DNA of 64,000 nucleotides from Camelus dromedarius (lineage: Eukaryota). Below are positions 1 to 13,484 of the stretch, in pieces. Every line of letters starts with the position of its first letter. The first letter of the stretch is position 1. The stretch covers positions 80,788,001 to 80,852,000 of the forward strand of contig NC_087436.1 of NCBI RefSeq assembly GCF_036321535.1, given 5' to 3'. The translations under genes were made by a program, and so were the position numbers. Under the pieces are notes generated by a model. The model did not search any database, was not told the origin of the DNA, and worked only from the letters and a program-made list of their open reading frames with translations.

Positions 1-109
1 ACTTAATTACCTCTTTAAAGGCCTTGACTCCAAGTACAGCACATTCTGAGGTCCTAGAGGTTAGAATATTAATATTTAAATTTGGGGGGAGCACAGATCA
101 GGCACAACA
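1..109 (-). mobile_element. MaLR LTR end (MLT1B/C-like), cut by the window edge
   Basis: 'taattacctctttaaaggcc...cacattctgaggtcctagagg...tttggggggagcacaga...aca' is the typical reverse-complemented MLT1 5' portion. Confidence 0.7.
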
Positions 110-129
110 GGTTACTCAAGCCAGTGATC

Positions 130-865
130 TGAACATTGTCCTTCATTACTATTTACCCTCTAGTTTCAAGTAGTCACCATTGATTCTGTTTCCTAAATCT
201 CTTTCAAAGTTATCCATTTCTAAGAATCTTCACTGCTACTTCCCAACTTTTGACCATCATTATTTTTTCTCCTACGTATTAACAATAACTTTCTTGCTGA
301 TTTTTTTCTCTCCAGTATTTCTCTCTTCTACCCTTTCTTCCACATGACAGCTAGAGTAATTTTTTTAATGTAATACTTATGATTATAGCTTCACTTATCT
401 CTGCTGAAACCCTTTAGGAGTCCAAAATCTTTTTCATGATTAAGGAAGCTTTTACCTGAATGGAGTCTACTTTTCTTTCCAATCTCATTTTTTGTCTTAG
501 GCTTTTTGCTAGAGCATTTTCAGTTCCCTGCACAGAACATATTTTCTCCAGTCTCTGTCCATTTGCATCTTGTTCTTTATACTTGGAGAAGTCTCATCCC
601 TCCCTTTCCCCTCACTTTTGATAACTCCTACTCATTTTTTATATTTTGGCATAATTTTTTTTATGAGGAAGAATTTCATCACCTTTTAAGTTAGGTAAAG
701 GGCTCCTTAAATTGTTCCTTCCATCATAGTACAGTATACAGCTTGTTGCAACTGCTTATTTACTGGCTGTAAAACCGTTTATTCTAGGGCAGGGACTATC
801 TGTACACAGGTCACAGCTGCATCAGTACTGTCTAACTCATAGTTAGCAGTAAATAAATACTGACA
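130..865 (+). mobile_element. Degenerate L2 LINE 3' region
   Basis: Pyrimidine-rich L2-like text ending in 'gggcagggactatctgt...atagttagcagtaaataaatactg', resembling the L2 3' tail. Confidence 0.55.
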
Positions 866-1098
866 CTTGGTGTACTGAATATCATTTTTATGAAGTAGTG
901 GATCAAATGATACCTTATTTTCCTGGCCATCCTTATTAAAAGTTCAACCTTACTATTGTTCCATGCTTTATTTATTTAGAAGTATCCATATCTGATTTTA
1001 TACTTATAGACTTGTTTGTTTGTTTATTTATTGTCTCTCTCCTCCCTCTCTCTCCAAGTGTAAAGCCTACCATCGACTAAGCATAGATGAGAACTGAA

Positions 1099-1635
1099 CA
1101 GTCTGCTTATGTTTTTATATGTCTAATGATCGAAGAAATTTTATGCAAGCTAACTTCTCGCTTACACGTTTCGAACCTTGGTGCCTTCCATGAGACATGC
1201 TCACATTACTGTACCACCTCTGGCCCTACACCTTTGTGTCATGATGCTAGGTGAGTTGGCACAGTGATGATGGGAGCATACCTGGAAGCCATCCCTGCAC
1301 TAGGGTAGCTAGTGATAACTCAACAGTACACAGGCATGACTGTGATGCTCATAATAGATCCTGCTACACCTAAGCAAAATCTGTCTCCAAATTTCTCTTC
1401 ACCCCACAAAGTGCCTGTGACCACTCTAGTACCACCTAATGTCCAGGGAAATTAGAATGGAAAGAGACAGTGGCCTTAACTAATTGTGTTTGTTTATTTG
1501 TTTTTTACTTTTGCAAGTGTTACAGGACATACAACCAGGTGAAAACATTGCTAGGGAACTTGATCTTGGAATGGTCTGTGCAAGTGAGGGTCCTTGAAGC
1601 TTAGCTTCATTTACTTCAAGACAGATACGCTGCTG
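1099..1635 (-). mobile_element. hAT-Tip100 DNA transposon remnant (Arthur1/MER69-like)
   Basis: 'gtgcaagtgagggtccttgaagcttagcttcatttacttca...gctgctg' resembles the reverse complement of the Arthur1 terminus as recalled. Confidence 0.55.
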
Positions 1636-4388
1636 AAGGCAGTGCTTCCCTAGTTGATGTGGGGATATGGCTGAATGTGGGGGCTCTAGCCAGACCTGAT
1701 AAAATCCACTAATTCCTCCCTTCCCTAAGGAACCCCTAAGATAATTCTGATCACAGATGAAAATGACTACCTTGTACCATCGTACTTTCCAGTGTCATTT
1801 CCTTGAATATATAGCTTAAGAACTAGACTTGCAGTAAGAAACATTAATCTTTCAAATATGGAGAGAAAGCACAGTCTCTCTCAGCAGAAAAGCTCTTTCA
1901 TATTGTTAAGACTGGTTTTTTGTTTGTTTGTTTGTTTTTCTTTTCTTTTTTTTCCCCCACTATCAGTTACAGTAACTACAGACCTTTTTAAGACTGGTCA
2001 TTTACTATCAAAAGGATAATTTGAATCTCTACTCCTGGTCTTCTGGAAAATAGTCAGACTTTTAAGATCATATCAAAACAAAGTAGCAGAGACCCTCTTT
2101 TGAAAGGGAAATGATGAATCCTTGCAGAGTGCTGTGGTGAAGGCAGTCAGGGGTAGTGCAATCAGGCTGTATTTATAGGCATATTACCTCTGTCAGCTGA
2201 GCCATCAAACCAGCAGTAACGATTAGGTTGCACAATATAAATGCCTGCCCATATGAACACAATTTTGTAAGGAACACATGAAGGCTTCCAGCCATAGCCA
2301 AGTGATATTATTCAAGAAGAGATGATTTCAAGACTCTCCATGCATGCTATAGGTCCCTTAACATGGAAACTGTTTTCAGATTCAGTGATATTCAGCCTCC
2401 CGCTGTGATCCTGCAGGCACACGGAGAAAGAATTCAGAATACAGCTATTATCCAAGATTGAAAGTTTCTTTGCCACTAAACTGTGGCAAATGGTATGTAG
2501 TTTAATCCCTGAAAAGAGAATCCCTACTTTTTTTCTTTAATAAAATGAAAACTATAGTCTAATATTTCTGAAGGGTGATAGAGATGATGACAAGATAAAG
2601 CACAAATATATGGTTAATTTATATAGTGTAGAAAACTGAACTTATTCTTGTTGCCAGGATGGGGGAACCCAATGAAGTATCTTCCAAGAACTCGGAAATT
2701 TAGATTGTGTTCTGAGAGTTAAACTAATCAATCCCAAACACAATAGATGTGGTTATCTGTAAGAACAAATATGTCACCAACGAGTAAGTGAACAACTAAA
2801 ACACCAACAAAGATGAACTGGAAGACTATTTCTTTATAGGAGAAAGTAGGGGAATGAGGCTGCAACTGGGGAGAGGAAATGTCACCTATGATTTTGTGCT
2901 CAGTTTGGAGAACAGGAGACAGTGATGGTGGGCATCACTTGAGTGCACTGGTGTGGGACATCAGAACAGCCAGTGTGGACAGTGCTCATATAAGCACTAT
3001 CCCGTGGTGAGAATGGCTTGGCCAAATATAAGGTCCATGTGAGCAGGGACTCTTTATTTCTTGTTTACTGGCACATAGTACGCATCCGCTAAATACATGT
3101 TGGGTGGGGTTGTGAAGAAATAATGGTGACAAGTTTATCCTTTCATTGAGCATTGTATCTTATCAGCTAACACTCCTTGTTCTGAACCTATACAAGTTTG
3201 TGATAATTGGTATTATTATGTAGGTTCTTATAGGGAAAAACATTTCTGATTAGATCAAAATTTCATTCCAGTATCTGAGATATTATTTGATATAATCTTC
3301 CCTTGAGAACTTTATTATTCTTATTTGTGGTCACAAATTCAGGTATCTCTCTTGCATGGTTTATGCCTGCAATGAATTTATGATGAAAAACAACTACCTT
3401 GGGAGTCTTTTTTGGGAGTTGCTGGTCTTCTTAGGTGACATTCCATTTCACTGACAACTTTTTAGAATGTGCAGTATTTCCTATCAATATTAGATTTTTT
3501 GAGACTTTTTAATATTTTTAAAGACGTAGGGTTTAGGACTACAAGGAATGTTTTCATTTGTGTTCGTAAAGCATTTCCTAAGTAGTGTCAGTTATGTTAT
3601 TGCGACAGGATCATGCAGAGGTGGCTTAAGGCTGCTTTCTATAACATAAATAGCTTAAGGATTTTAAAAGTTGTAATAGATCCTATTTGTTATTCCTTTG
3701 CTTATTTTAAAAAAGACATCTTTCATCGCTACTTTATGTTAAAGATATGGTACAAATATCACAAACCAGGACAAATTAGCAGAGTAGTAAGATGTCCAAG
3801 ATAGGGAAGTATTACTATTAGAAGGAAACCACTGCTTCTGACCATGATTGCACTTCAAAGTAGAAAGATTATGTTACTGCTCTTGCTAATCACATTTCCA
3901 AGATGCTCCCAAAAGAATCCTAGAGCCTTGGTGCTGCTGGGAGAATTGGCAAGAGTGGCAGAGGAGACTATTAAATGTTTCTTGCCTTATACAGGGTTTT
4001 GTAATTAGAGAATATGCAAGGTAACACATTATCTTAGCGAACATCATAGGTTGTTACCGTATCATTACTCAAGTATAAAAACATTCTTTAGATTACTGTC
4101 ATGATTTTATTTTTTTGTCCTGCCAGTTAAACAACCAATGACTAAGAGATACTTCATTTTCTTGTAGGAATTCAGGATTGAGTATTATTTTTATTTGCAG
4201 TGGATTGTGAAGCCTGCTTATCTAGTTTAATCTTCCGTTTATGTTCAGCTGTATAGATTTTCATGCTGTAGTTTGTTGATGTAGTTACAAACTGAGAGCT
4301 TCCCCACCTTCCCCAGTCACCTCAGCCCCTCATTTCAGGAGGTCTCTATACCTACTTATAATCTATGAGTTTAAGGGTCAAGATCTGG

Positions 4389-5556
4389 ACATTTTTCACA
4401 GAACTAGGAAAAAGAATCCTAAAGTTTATATGGGTCCACAAAAGACCCTGGATAGTCAAAGCAATCTTGAGAAGAAAGGACAAAGCTGAAGATATCATGC
4501 TCCCTGACTTCAGACTGCAGTACAAAGTTACAGAAATCAAAGCACATGGTGGTGGCACAAAAACAGACACATAGACCAATGGAACAGAATGGCCAGCCCA
4601 GAGATAAACTCATATACTTATGGTCAATTAATCTACAATAAAGAAGGCAAGGATATACAATAGGGAAAACACAGTCTCTTCAATAAATGGTGTTGTGAAA
4701 ACTGGAATACTGCATATAAAAATAATGAAACCAGAATATTTTCTTACACTACATACAAAAATAAACTCAAAATGGATTAAAGACTTAAGTGCAAGACCCA
4801 AAACCATAAAACTCCTAGAATAAAACATAGGTAATACACTTTGCTATTGGTCTTCGCAATATTTTTTTTGCATCTGTCTCCCCAGGCAAGGGCAATAAAA
4901 GCAAAAATAAACAAATGGGACTACATCAGACTAAAAAGCTTTTGCACAATGAAGAAAACCATCAACAAATAAAAAGACAATCTATTGAATGGGAGAAAAT
5001 ATTTGCATATGATATATCTGATGAGAGTTGGTATCCAAAATATATAAAGAACTTATGATACTCAATATCAAAAAGGCAAACAACCTGATTTAAAACGGGC
5101 AGAAGACCTGAATAGGCATTTCTCCAAAGAAGACACACAGATGGCCAATAGACCTATGAGAAAATACTGAACGTTACTCATCATCACGTAAACACAAATT
5201 AAAACCATAATGAGATATCACCTTCCACCAGTCAGAGTGGCTATTAACAACAACAGAAAAGAAACAGTAAGTGTTGGCGAGGATGTGGAGAAAAGCGAAC
5301 CCTTGTGCACTGTTGGCTGGGAATGTAAATTGGCACAGGCACTATGGAAAACAGTATGGAGGTTCCTCAAAAAATTAAAAAGAGAACTACCATACTATCC
5401 AGGCATTCTATTCCTGAGTATTTATCAGAAGAACAAAAACACTAATATGAAAAGATATATGCACCTCAATGTTCATAGCAGCATTACTTACAATAGCCAA
5501 GATATGAAATCAACCTAAGTGTCCATCAACAGATAAATGGATAAAGAAGATGTGGT

Positions 5557-5613
<57 letters not shown>

Positions 5614-6044
5614 ATGGAATATTACTCAGCCATAAAAGAGTGAAATTTTGCCATTTTCTACAACATGGATGGACTTGGAAGGTGTTATGCTTGTTGAAAT
5701 AAGTCAGATAGAGAAAGAAAAATACTGTATATTTTTACATAGATGCAGGATCTAAAAATAAAACAGATGAATAAATATAACAAAACAGAAACAGACTCAC
5801 AGATACAGAGAACAAACTAATGGTTCTTACCAAAGGGGAGGGGGCGGGGGAAGGGTCAAAATAGGTAAAGGGGATTAAGAGGTACAAACTGCTAGGTATA
5901 AAATAAATAAGTTACAAGAATATAATTTATAGCACAGCAAATAGACTTTGTATGGCATATAGTCTATGAAAATATCAAATTACTATGTTGTACACCTGCA
6001 AATGATACAATATTGTAAGTCAATTATATTTCAATTAAAAAAAA
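4389..6044 (+). mobile_element. 5'-truncated LINE-1 (ORF2 C-terminal part + 3' UTR), inactivated
   Basis: ORF2-like peptides [66 protein letters not shown]-rich 3' UTR tract at 5835-5855; A-tail at about 6037-6044. Confidence 0.95.
5559..5608 (+). repeat. (AC)25 microsatellite inside L1
   Basis: Read directly. Confidence 0.97.
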
Positions 6045-6984
6045 GGTTTGGCTTAATAGAGAGGGGCTACTGGGACATATTCCACATTATGGTCGATATC
6101 TTATTCTACACTATTAGTGGTTAAATATTTCTAAGAGCACACTTACTTATATATATGTTGTGATTAAGTTTCTTCACATTTCTAGAATGACATTAAACTT
6201 TCAGTTGGGTGAGCTGATTGGAAAAATACAATAGTTGTAGTCAAAGTATTTGTCGGAGAGTATTATCTTGATTTTAATGCCATGCAGTGCTTTTTGGAAG
6301 TTGAGACTAGCCATCTTCCTAGCCTCATGATTACTTGAGTGATATGCAATCCATCCAGTCCCCATTTTAGACATGAAAGTTTATCCCTGACTTAGATTAT
6401 CAGAGAGATCCGTATTTTAGAGTGGGTTGTTTTATACCCTTCTTGAATTGCTTTTACTAAACTGCAGTGTGTAGTATACCATTAGCCTGTACTGAAAGAT
6501 GTTTTAAGAAATAACTTTCAGAATTTACTTTCTATTGGGATGTATTCTTTGTAAGAATTCAGCGGAGAAATTCATCGTAGGGCTTGGGGGATGTGGATAA
6601 GTTTGCTTCTTGACAATTACTGGTTGTTTTCATGCAAGGAAAATAGTCTTTTTAGTAACAAATTGGGTTTCCCTTACTGGATCAATCATTTACAATCTCA
6701 GATCCAGATTTGTTTTCCACTTTTAACAATTCTTCATTCTATCTTTATCTCACTTTCTATTAAAAAAAATCTTATATGGCAGACACTTTTATAAACTTAC
6801 ATAATTTTTAACTAGGATGAGGGCAATTAAGTAAGTAAAACATACAAATGAAACGTAATAAGCTTTCCATTAAATTTTTTCTCTGTGTGCATGAAGATGG
6901 AACCCAGCAGCCAGACTGCAAGAGCAGAAGGCTCCCATACTGCTGTGACGCTTCATTGTTAATGGAGGCCTGCATGTTGTGTGT

Positions 6985-7081
6985 GTTACTGATTTAAAGA
7001 TGCACATCCTTCCCGCATTCTGTAGTGATAAACCTAGGTGTACTTTATAATTGATAGTGCCTTAAATTAGAGGAAACATGA
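6985..7081. mobile_element. Short TcMar MITE remnant (MER104-like)
   Basis: 'gatttaaagatgcacat...tttataattgatagtgccttaaattagaggaaacatg' resembles MER104 as recalled. Confidence 0.45.
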
Positions 7082-7367
7082 TATTTATATGTGTTTGTGG
7101 ATGGTAAGGAAAAAGGGAGAACTGTCTTCATCTCCTCTTTAATAAACCAACTGAAGCTCAGCCTTTCCTATTATGTATCACAGCCTGCACCCCTCTTTCC
7201 CCATCCTCTGTCTGGCAAACTTGATGCACTTTTCAAAGCTAAGTGCAGATATCACCTTCCTTGATCCCTCAGGTCAGTTTAGGATACTTTTTTCATGCTT
7301 TCAACCATCCAGTGCCTCTTGTAATTGGCACTTCTTGTACTCTTGTATTCTTTGTTCAGGTGTTTGG

Positions 7368-7590
7368 GAGGCAGTGTAGCAGAATAGTTAATTTAAGCAC
7401 TTGGCCTCTGGAAGTAGACACCTTTGGATTTAATTTTACTATTACCAACTCTTGGGCAAGTTGCTGAAACTCTCTGTCTCTCGGTTTGTTCATCTGAAAA
7501 ATAGAATTATTATGGTAATCTATCTCATGGGATTATTTTCAGGATTAAATGAGTTAACATACTGCAAACAGTGTTTGGAAAAGTAAATGT
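7368..7590 (+). mobile_element. MIR SINE
   Basis: Core 'cttgggcaagttgctgaaactctctgtctctcggtttgttcatctgaaaaatagaa...ggattaaatgagttaa'. Confidence 0.85.
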
Positions 7591-9705
7591 TTCTCCTCTT
7601 CCTCCTCCTTCTTGTTTATTTCTCCTTCTCTTTCTTCTTCTTGTTTTTATTTTATTATTATTGTTGTTCACAGTGTAATGTGTTTGGGAAGTGGGAACTC
7701 CCTAAATTCTAAGTCTTTCATTTATAACTTCCCAGAACCTACAAGAGTGCTTGGTACAAGGAAGTCCTTACTAGATGTTACCAATAAAGTCCTCTCTATT
7801 AGAGATGAAATTTTGGTGACATGTCATATTTTAGTAAAAACCAAACTACGTTTATAAAATGCTTTTATGAAATTGAGCTAGTGTAATTATCAGAATATAT
7901 TGCTAGATTGTATAAAATCATTCTCTTTATTGGAACGAATTCAATTACCTATTTAACAAACATTAAATGAATGCCACCTCAGTCAGATACTGTCCCAGCT
8001 ATTTGGGAATGCAGAGGTGAAAAGAACCTTTTCCTTCAGGGAACCGATTTCCTAATGTAAAGAAGTGAGAGCATGTGATTTTTTTTAACTGGACATTTGG
8101 TTTGTTATGAAAATTCCCTTAAATCTAGTAGTTTGTGATAGTCTATGTAAAAAATAAGGTTTATTATTCCATAAATTTATTTTGTCCCTCAGGTTGATAC
8201 TGAGAATATTCAATTCTTCTCCAAAAATTAAGAAATTACTATTTCCTTATCTGCTGCCTGTTACATTAAAAATTGGAATTGAGTAGCTAGCTTCTGATTG
8301 GTATGGCGTTTTCTTTAGATTGTCTGAAAACCATTCATGACGTTGGGTATTGTCTTTGAAAAACCTCTTTTGCTTCTTGGCTTCTTTCAGTAAGTTATGT
8401 TTGGTCTTATTTAGAACCACTTCAAGTTGTTACACTGAAATCTGGGTCCCTGGTGTCAAGTGTTTCCAGTGGTATCCATTTAACTCAAGTGCCCAGTACA
8501 TAAAAGTAGCTCATTAAAAGAAACCCAGTGCTCTTATGTTTATCTTGTGCTTCTAAAATAGCAATATAAAATAAAATAAAAAGCAATCCTTTTTTTATTT
8601 GTTTGTTTCTTTTTCAAGGAAGACCCTGGGCATTGACTTCAATGGTGCAAATGTTTTCTTGAGAGCTATTCTTACACAGTCGTTTTCATCAGAATTTCCT
8701 TTTTAACCTTTAGTTATGCCATGTGTTTTAGAGTCTACTCCCAGGTTTTAGCTGATGTAATTTCTCCTATGGTACATATCTCAACAGATGATTCCTCCAA
8801 AATGTTATGAGTACTATATACCGATCCTTAATTCTGGGGCAAGAGTCCATCTCCTGAACATAGTTACCACTTACGGTCTTGCTGGTTTTGCTTCTTTTTA
8901 CTTATTTTGACCATCTGGCAGTATACTCCTAAGCCTTCACCATTTGTGAACCACCAGCAATATTCACACCCAATTGTCTATGACTCACCAGGAATCTTTG
9001 CCAGATTTCTCAGCATTTAAAGGATATTTTCCTATTTTATGTTCTCTTAACAGAGACAGTTGGCACATACGCTTCTTTACAGTGTAATTTCAAAAATGGA
9101 TGCCAGGTTGAAAATGGTTCCCACATTTAAGTCATTTACACATGTAGCCTCTTGTTCTAAAAACTCACAAATTAAGACCTCTTAGACAGCTGCTTTTAAC
9201 AAGCATGGATGTCATATTTAAACAATGTGAACTTCTTTAGATGAGACATTAGAATGAATAAAAAATTATTCCTGTTATGTAGAAAAATTGGGAATGTTCA
9301 CTCCCTTTAGATAAATTGTAACTTTCAAGGATCTCTTACTCATTTCTGGTAGTGATAAAAGCGTAGGCTCTGTTACTTACTAGCTATGTAAGTTTAGACA
9401 AGATGTTAATAGCTTTACTCATGTTTCCTCATTTGTAAATATTTGTATCTGTGAGGTTATCTCTTCAGTACTATGAGGAATTCTTCACATGGAATTTTTT
9501 CCTGGAAAATATTTTTATTGATTAGAAATAGTTTAGAAGATACTTACTTAAAAGATGGCAGGAAGAACTTAATATGGACCTCTATCTAATATGCTTAGTT
9601 ACCGTCTGAAATAATTACAATAATCACCTATTGTTTTTATTACTTTGTTGTTGTTTTTAATATATTTGGACTTGAGTATATTTTAAGTCATCATGTAAAA
9701 CCTAT

Positions 9706-9737
9706 TCTTTAACAGCAATTGTCTTTAACAGCAATTG
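9706..9737 (+). repeat. Perfect 16-bp tandem duplication (tctttaacagcaattg)x2
   Basis: Read directly. Confidence 0.9.
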
Positions 9738-11869
9738 GAAGACATGTGACTTTCTTTCTTTCAACTGATATATGCTGTCTTGATAAAGGTTCCTTCTGGA
9801 TGGTTTAGAATTTTTTAAACAGAATTTTCAATTCTTGTGAAATGTCACATACTAGCATTAATTGTCTATATTTTTTGTATTGGAAAGATGTGGTTCAATG
9901 TGGTTAAGTGAGCAGGTTGTCTAAGATTATTTAGCAAGAAAATCAATAAAATCAGTAACATATTAAAAAAAATGAAAGCAGATGTACTGACTATATTGTA
10001 GTATTTGTCCATCTGATTTCCCCCTAACTCTATATTCCTGTTTTCACTAAGTTCATATACAGTGGAGGCGCAGGGGAAATCCAGTGTTGTCTAAATGTAG
10101 TTGTCATTGTGGCCTAACAAGTCTGATTAGTCCATTAGCAGGGATGCCCTGCAGGGAACTTTAGATAAAAAACTTGGATTGTCAACAAACTCTTAATCCT
10201 AGCTGGGGCTGGTAGCCAATTTAGAAACTGATTGTCTCAAGTAATTGGATTTACTGGGGTTACTGTATCAGTATCATATGGGAACTCTGCTTCTTTCTTT
10301 TTAGATACATATAATAGACTTCTGCTGTCTACCTTATTATTCCATTTCCATGGAATAATCTGGATTCCCATGGAAAGCATCGTTTGACATTGTGAAAAAG
10401 TATTATAAGGTGCTGGATGTAACCAGTAGGATTCCTTTTTATTTTTATGATTAGTGGAATTAATAAAAAGTCCACAGGGGAAAAGGAATAAAATATCTCT
10501 GCTCATAGTGCCATATTCTGATTTTTATATTGGTTGCGCTTTTAAAAAGTCAATGCTTTGTAGGTTAATGTTCTTCATATAGAAGTCAAAAAGGATCTGA
10601 TTGAATTTGGAGGAAAATTAGCTTTGCCTTCTATATACCATTCTCTGGTAAAAACATCCCAGAGATTCTATAGGTCATAATTTCAAATTTACAAATGATT
10701 TTTAAGAATTACTTCCCCATTAAAGTTCTGTTTGATTTATAAAGTGAATGTGATCCTACCCAGATTCAGTCAGAGGTTTTCTCCTGGTCTTCAACATTCA
10801 GATTTCTCATCACACTTCTGGCAAATAGTAACATCTCTTCCATGGAGTTATTGCATGGACTAAGTTAAATGAATGTATGTTAATCACCTGGAACAGAATG
10901 GCTGTTCAACACTGACAAAGAAAGTGAGAGAGAGAGAAAGAGAGAGAGACCCATTTATCACTATCCCTCTTTCCTTGACATAAAACCAACTCTCTATTTA
11001 TGGCAAAGTGTCTTTTGTACCACTGTTCTGCATTAACTTAAATTCTCCAAGCGTTCTTCATTAAGCAATGATGTTAAAGACTTCTAAGTAATCCAAAGAA
11101 ATTAAAGTATAAATTATCTTCTTTTCCATATGTTTATTTGTTCACTTCTTTGCTTATTCCTCCCTCTCTTCCTTCCCACTCCTTCCTTCCTCCTTTCTTC
11201 TTCTTTCCTTCCCTCTTTCTTTCCAAGAATAATGGCAGATTAGTTGGGCATGGGTATTTTCTAAAGCCTTACAGCCCTTCTCAGTTAGGAGGTTGTTCCT
11301 GCTTACCTGTGCACTGATGTCCTTTCTTGTAGTAGACGTCATCAACTCGCCAGACAGGAAATAGAGACTTGCTTTATTTTAAGGGGAGGGTAAGGCAAAA
11401 TGCAGTGAACCTGCTGTATCCTATTTATGTAGAATGTTATAACCTAGAGGAGAGAGGTTAGGTTCTTTATTGCTTTCCCGCAGTGTTTTGTGTATTCTGA
11501 GTATGTCTGCTCTTAGAAGTCTGATCTTAGTTAATTTCCACTAGTTTGGTAAGTACCTGGGGGTCTGCTAATTTGTGTGGCAGCAGTTCCACAACATGTG
11601 GGCCTCTGATTTTGTGATTTAGCTGATTTCATTCCCCTACCTTTAATGTTTTCATCCCTTCTCTCTGCATGTTGACCTTCCTGATTTTAGAGGTCTAAGA
11701 CAAATTCTGGTCCTCCCAAGGACATTTCTGCTCACGCAAGACCCAAGGAATCCCCCTTTCCTTTGAACTTCTATGGCACTGGGGTATGTGCCATTTCTTT
11801 GCCACATGTCATCTACGACCTCATATTGCTGGTGTTCTTCTCATAGTTTGAATTTATCATATTTCACAC

Positions 11870-12360
11870 CCAATCGGTTCCTCTTCCAGGATTTCTGTCA
11901 TGGTGAGTGGTAGAACCCCATCCGCACAGGTGTTCAGGCACAAACTGGGCATCACCTTTGACTCTCCCATCTGCCTCCTCAAAGTGTAAATGTGAAGTTC
12001 TGTGCCATCTCAGTATCTCCACCCTCTGCCACTGCTTGACATCTTTACTTAGCTCAAGGTAGGATCACCTCTTGCCTGGGTTACTGCTTTGACTTTCCAC
12101 AACTGCTTGGATTCCAGCATTGTTGAGAGTTAATCCATTCTCTCTTGTGCAGCCAAAATGATGCTTGTTACAACGCAAATGTGACCTTTTTACTTTCCTG
12201 CTTAAAACTTTTCAATGGTTCTAAAATGTTTTAAAATAAAGTCCAAATTTCGTAGCATGGCATACAAAAACATTTTATGATCTAACCCTTACTTAGCTAT
12301 CCAGCTTTATATCTGGGAACTCTTTCCACTTTCGACTCTAAGCTCCTCCTGTACTGAGAT
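11870..12360 (+). mobile_element. L2 LINE fragment
   Basis: 'ctgggcatcacctttgactctccc', 'ctcttgcctgggttactgc', 'cctgcttaaaacttttcaatggtt' are L2 hallmarks. Confidence 0.75.
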
Positions 12361-13484
12361 GAACACAGATACTGCTGCGTTGCTGAATGTGGGAATGGGA
12401 CTTCTCCTTTTGTCTTAGAATTTCTGCTGAAGCCTCAAAGTTAATGGTAGTCGGTAATAGGTGTTTACAACTTCTAAACAGAGCTGCTAGACATTTCTAC
12501 AGAACTTTCTAAAACATAGCACTGTAAGTTTGTGACTTATTTTACATCACCCACATCCAAACTATACAAGAGGAAATTGGAAATTCAAAAGACAGATTAT
12601 TGGAAAGTAGGAGCATTACTAGATGGTGCTATGGTATTTCCCTTCCTCTCTCCAAGCAAATCAGAGGGACCGCATCCTCTTCCCCAAAACATGTGAGGAG
12701 TCATCAAGAGCATCACTTGCAGACGCTGGAGTTGTCTGAAAGAGAGAAACTCATCCTTGTTGTATGTTTGCTGCACTCGACATTCATTGCTGGCTTGGGA
12801 ACTCTGGTATGTACTGGAGCAGAGAGTTGAGAGAATTCTTGGGAGAATTCTCCCCTAGGAATTGGAAACATGTGAACATGGAGCCTGGTAATTATATTCT
12901 CCTGGTGAATATGAAGACAGGAGACTGACTGGAGTACCAAGGTGGAGGAGACCAGGCAACAGCTGGTAGAAGAAGCATTTATCAGATCAAGGGTGTGGGA
13001 GGATAGGCCAAGAGGATGCTATGGAGGAGCACCCAGCCCCTGCAGGGGTGAGGAGAATCTGGCTGTATGCTCTGAATGAGAAGGTACCCCCAGGGGCCGA
13101 AGCTTGGGGGATTTGCCAAAAATCCGTGGAGGGGGTTTGTTGTCTGTTTGGAACAAATGCAGTGCACAGGTCCCACAGAGGCCAAGGACTGTCTCCGGAG
13201 AACATCCGTGCATCTCGTGAAACAACCAGTAATTGAATGCTCTCCATCACAGAGGACCTGATACCGAGCTGGGGTCAGCCAAGACAGAACTGCAAGCACA
13301 CCTGCCTAATCTGGAGACCTCTGCCACCTTTGTTCTAATTCCTCCTCCCCGTTCCCTACTTTGGGGAAGCTTGGAGAGATGGGGAGGAGACAGAGCAGGA
13401 AGAGTGAAGAAATGGACAACTCTCCTTACCCGCTGCAGGTCTGGGAGGCTAAGGCTGGGGAGACGAGAGAAAGTGTGCATAACT

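Noticed and set aside
11157..11224. Polypyrimidine tract with H-DNA potential
   Set aside because: Ordinary low-complexity sequence without a clear long mirror repeat.
12841..12854. 14-bp perfect palindrome gggagaattctccc
   Set aside because: A few palindromes of this size are expected by chance in 64 kb, and the spacing does not fit the kB consensus.
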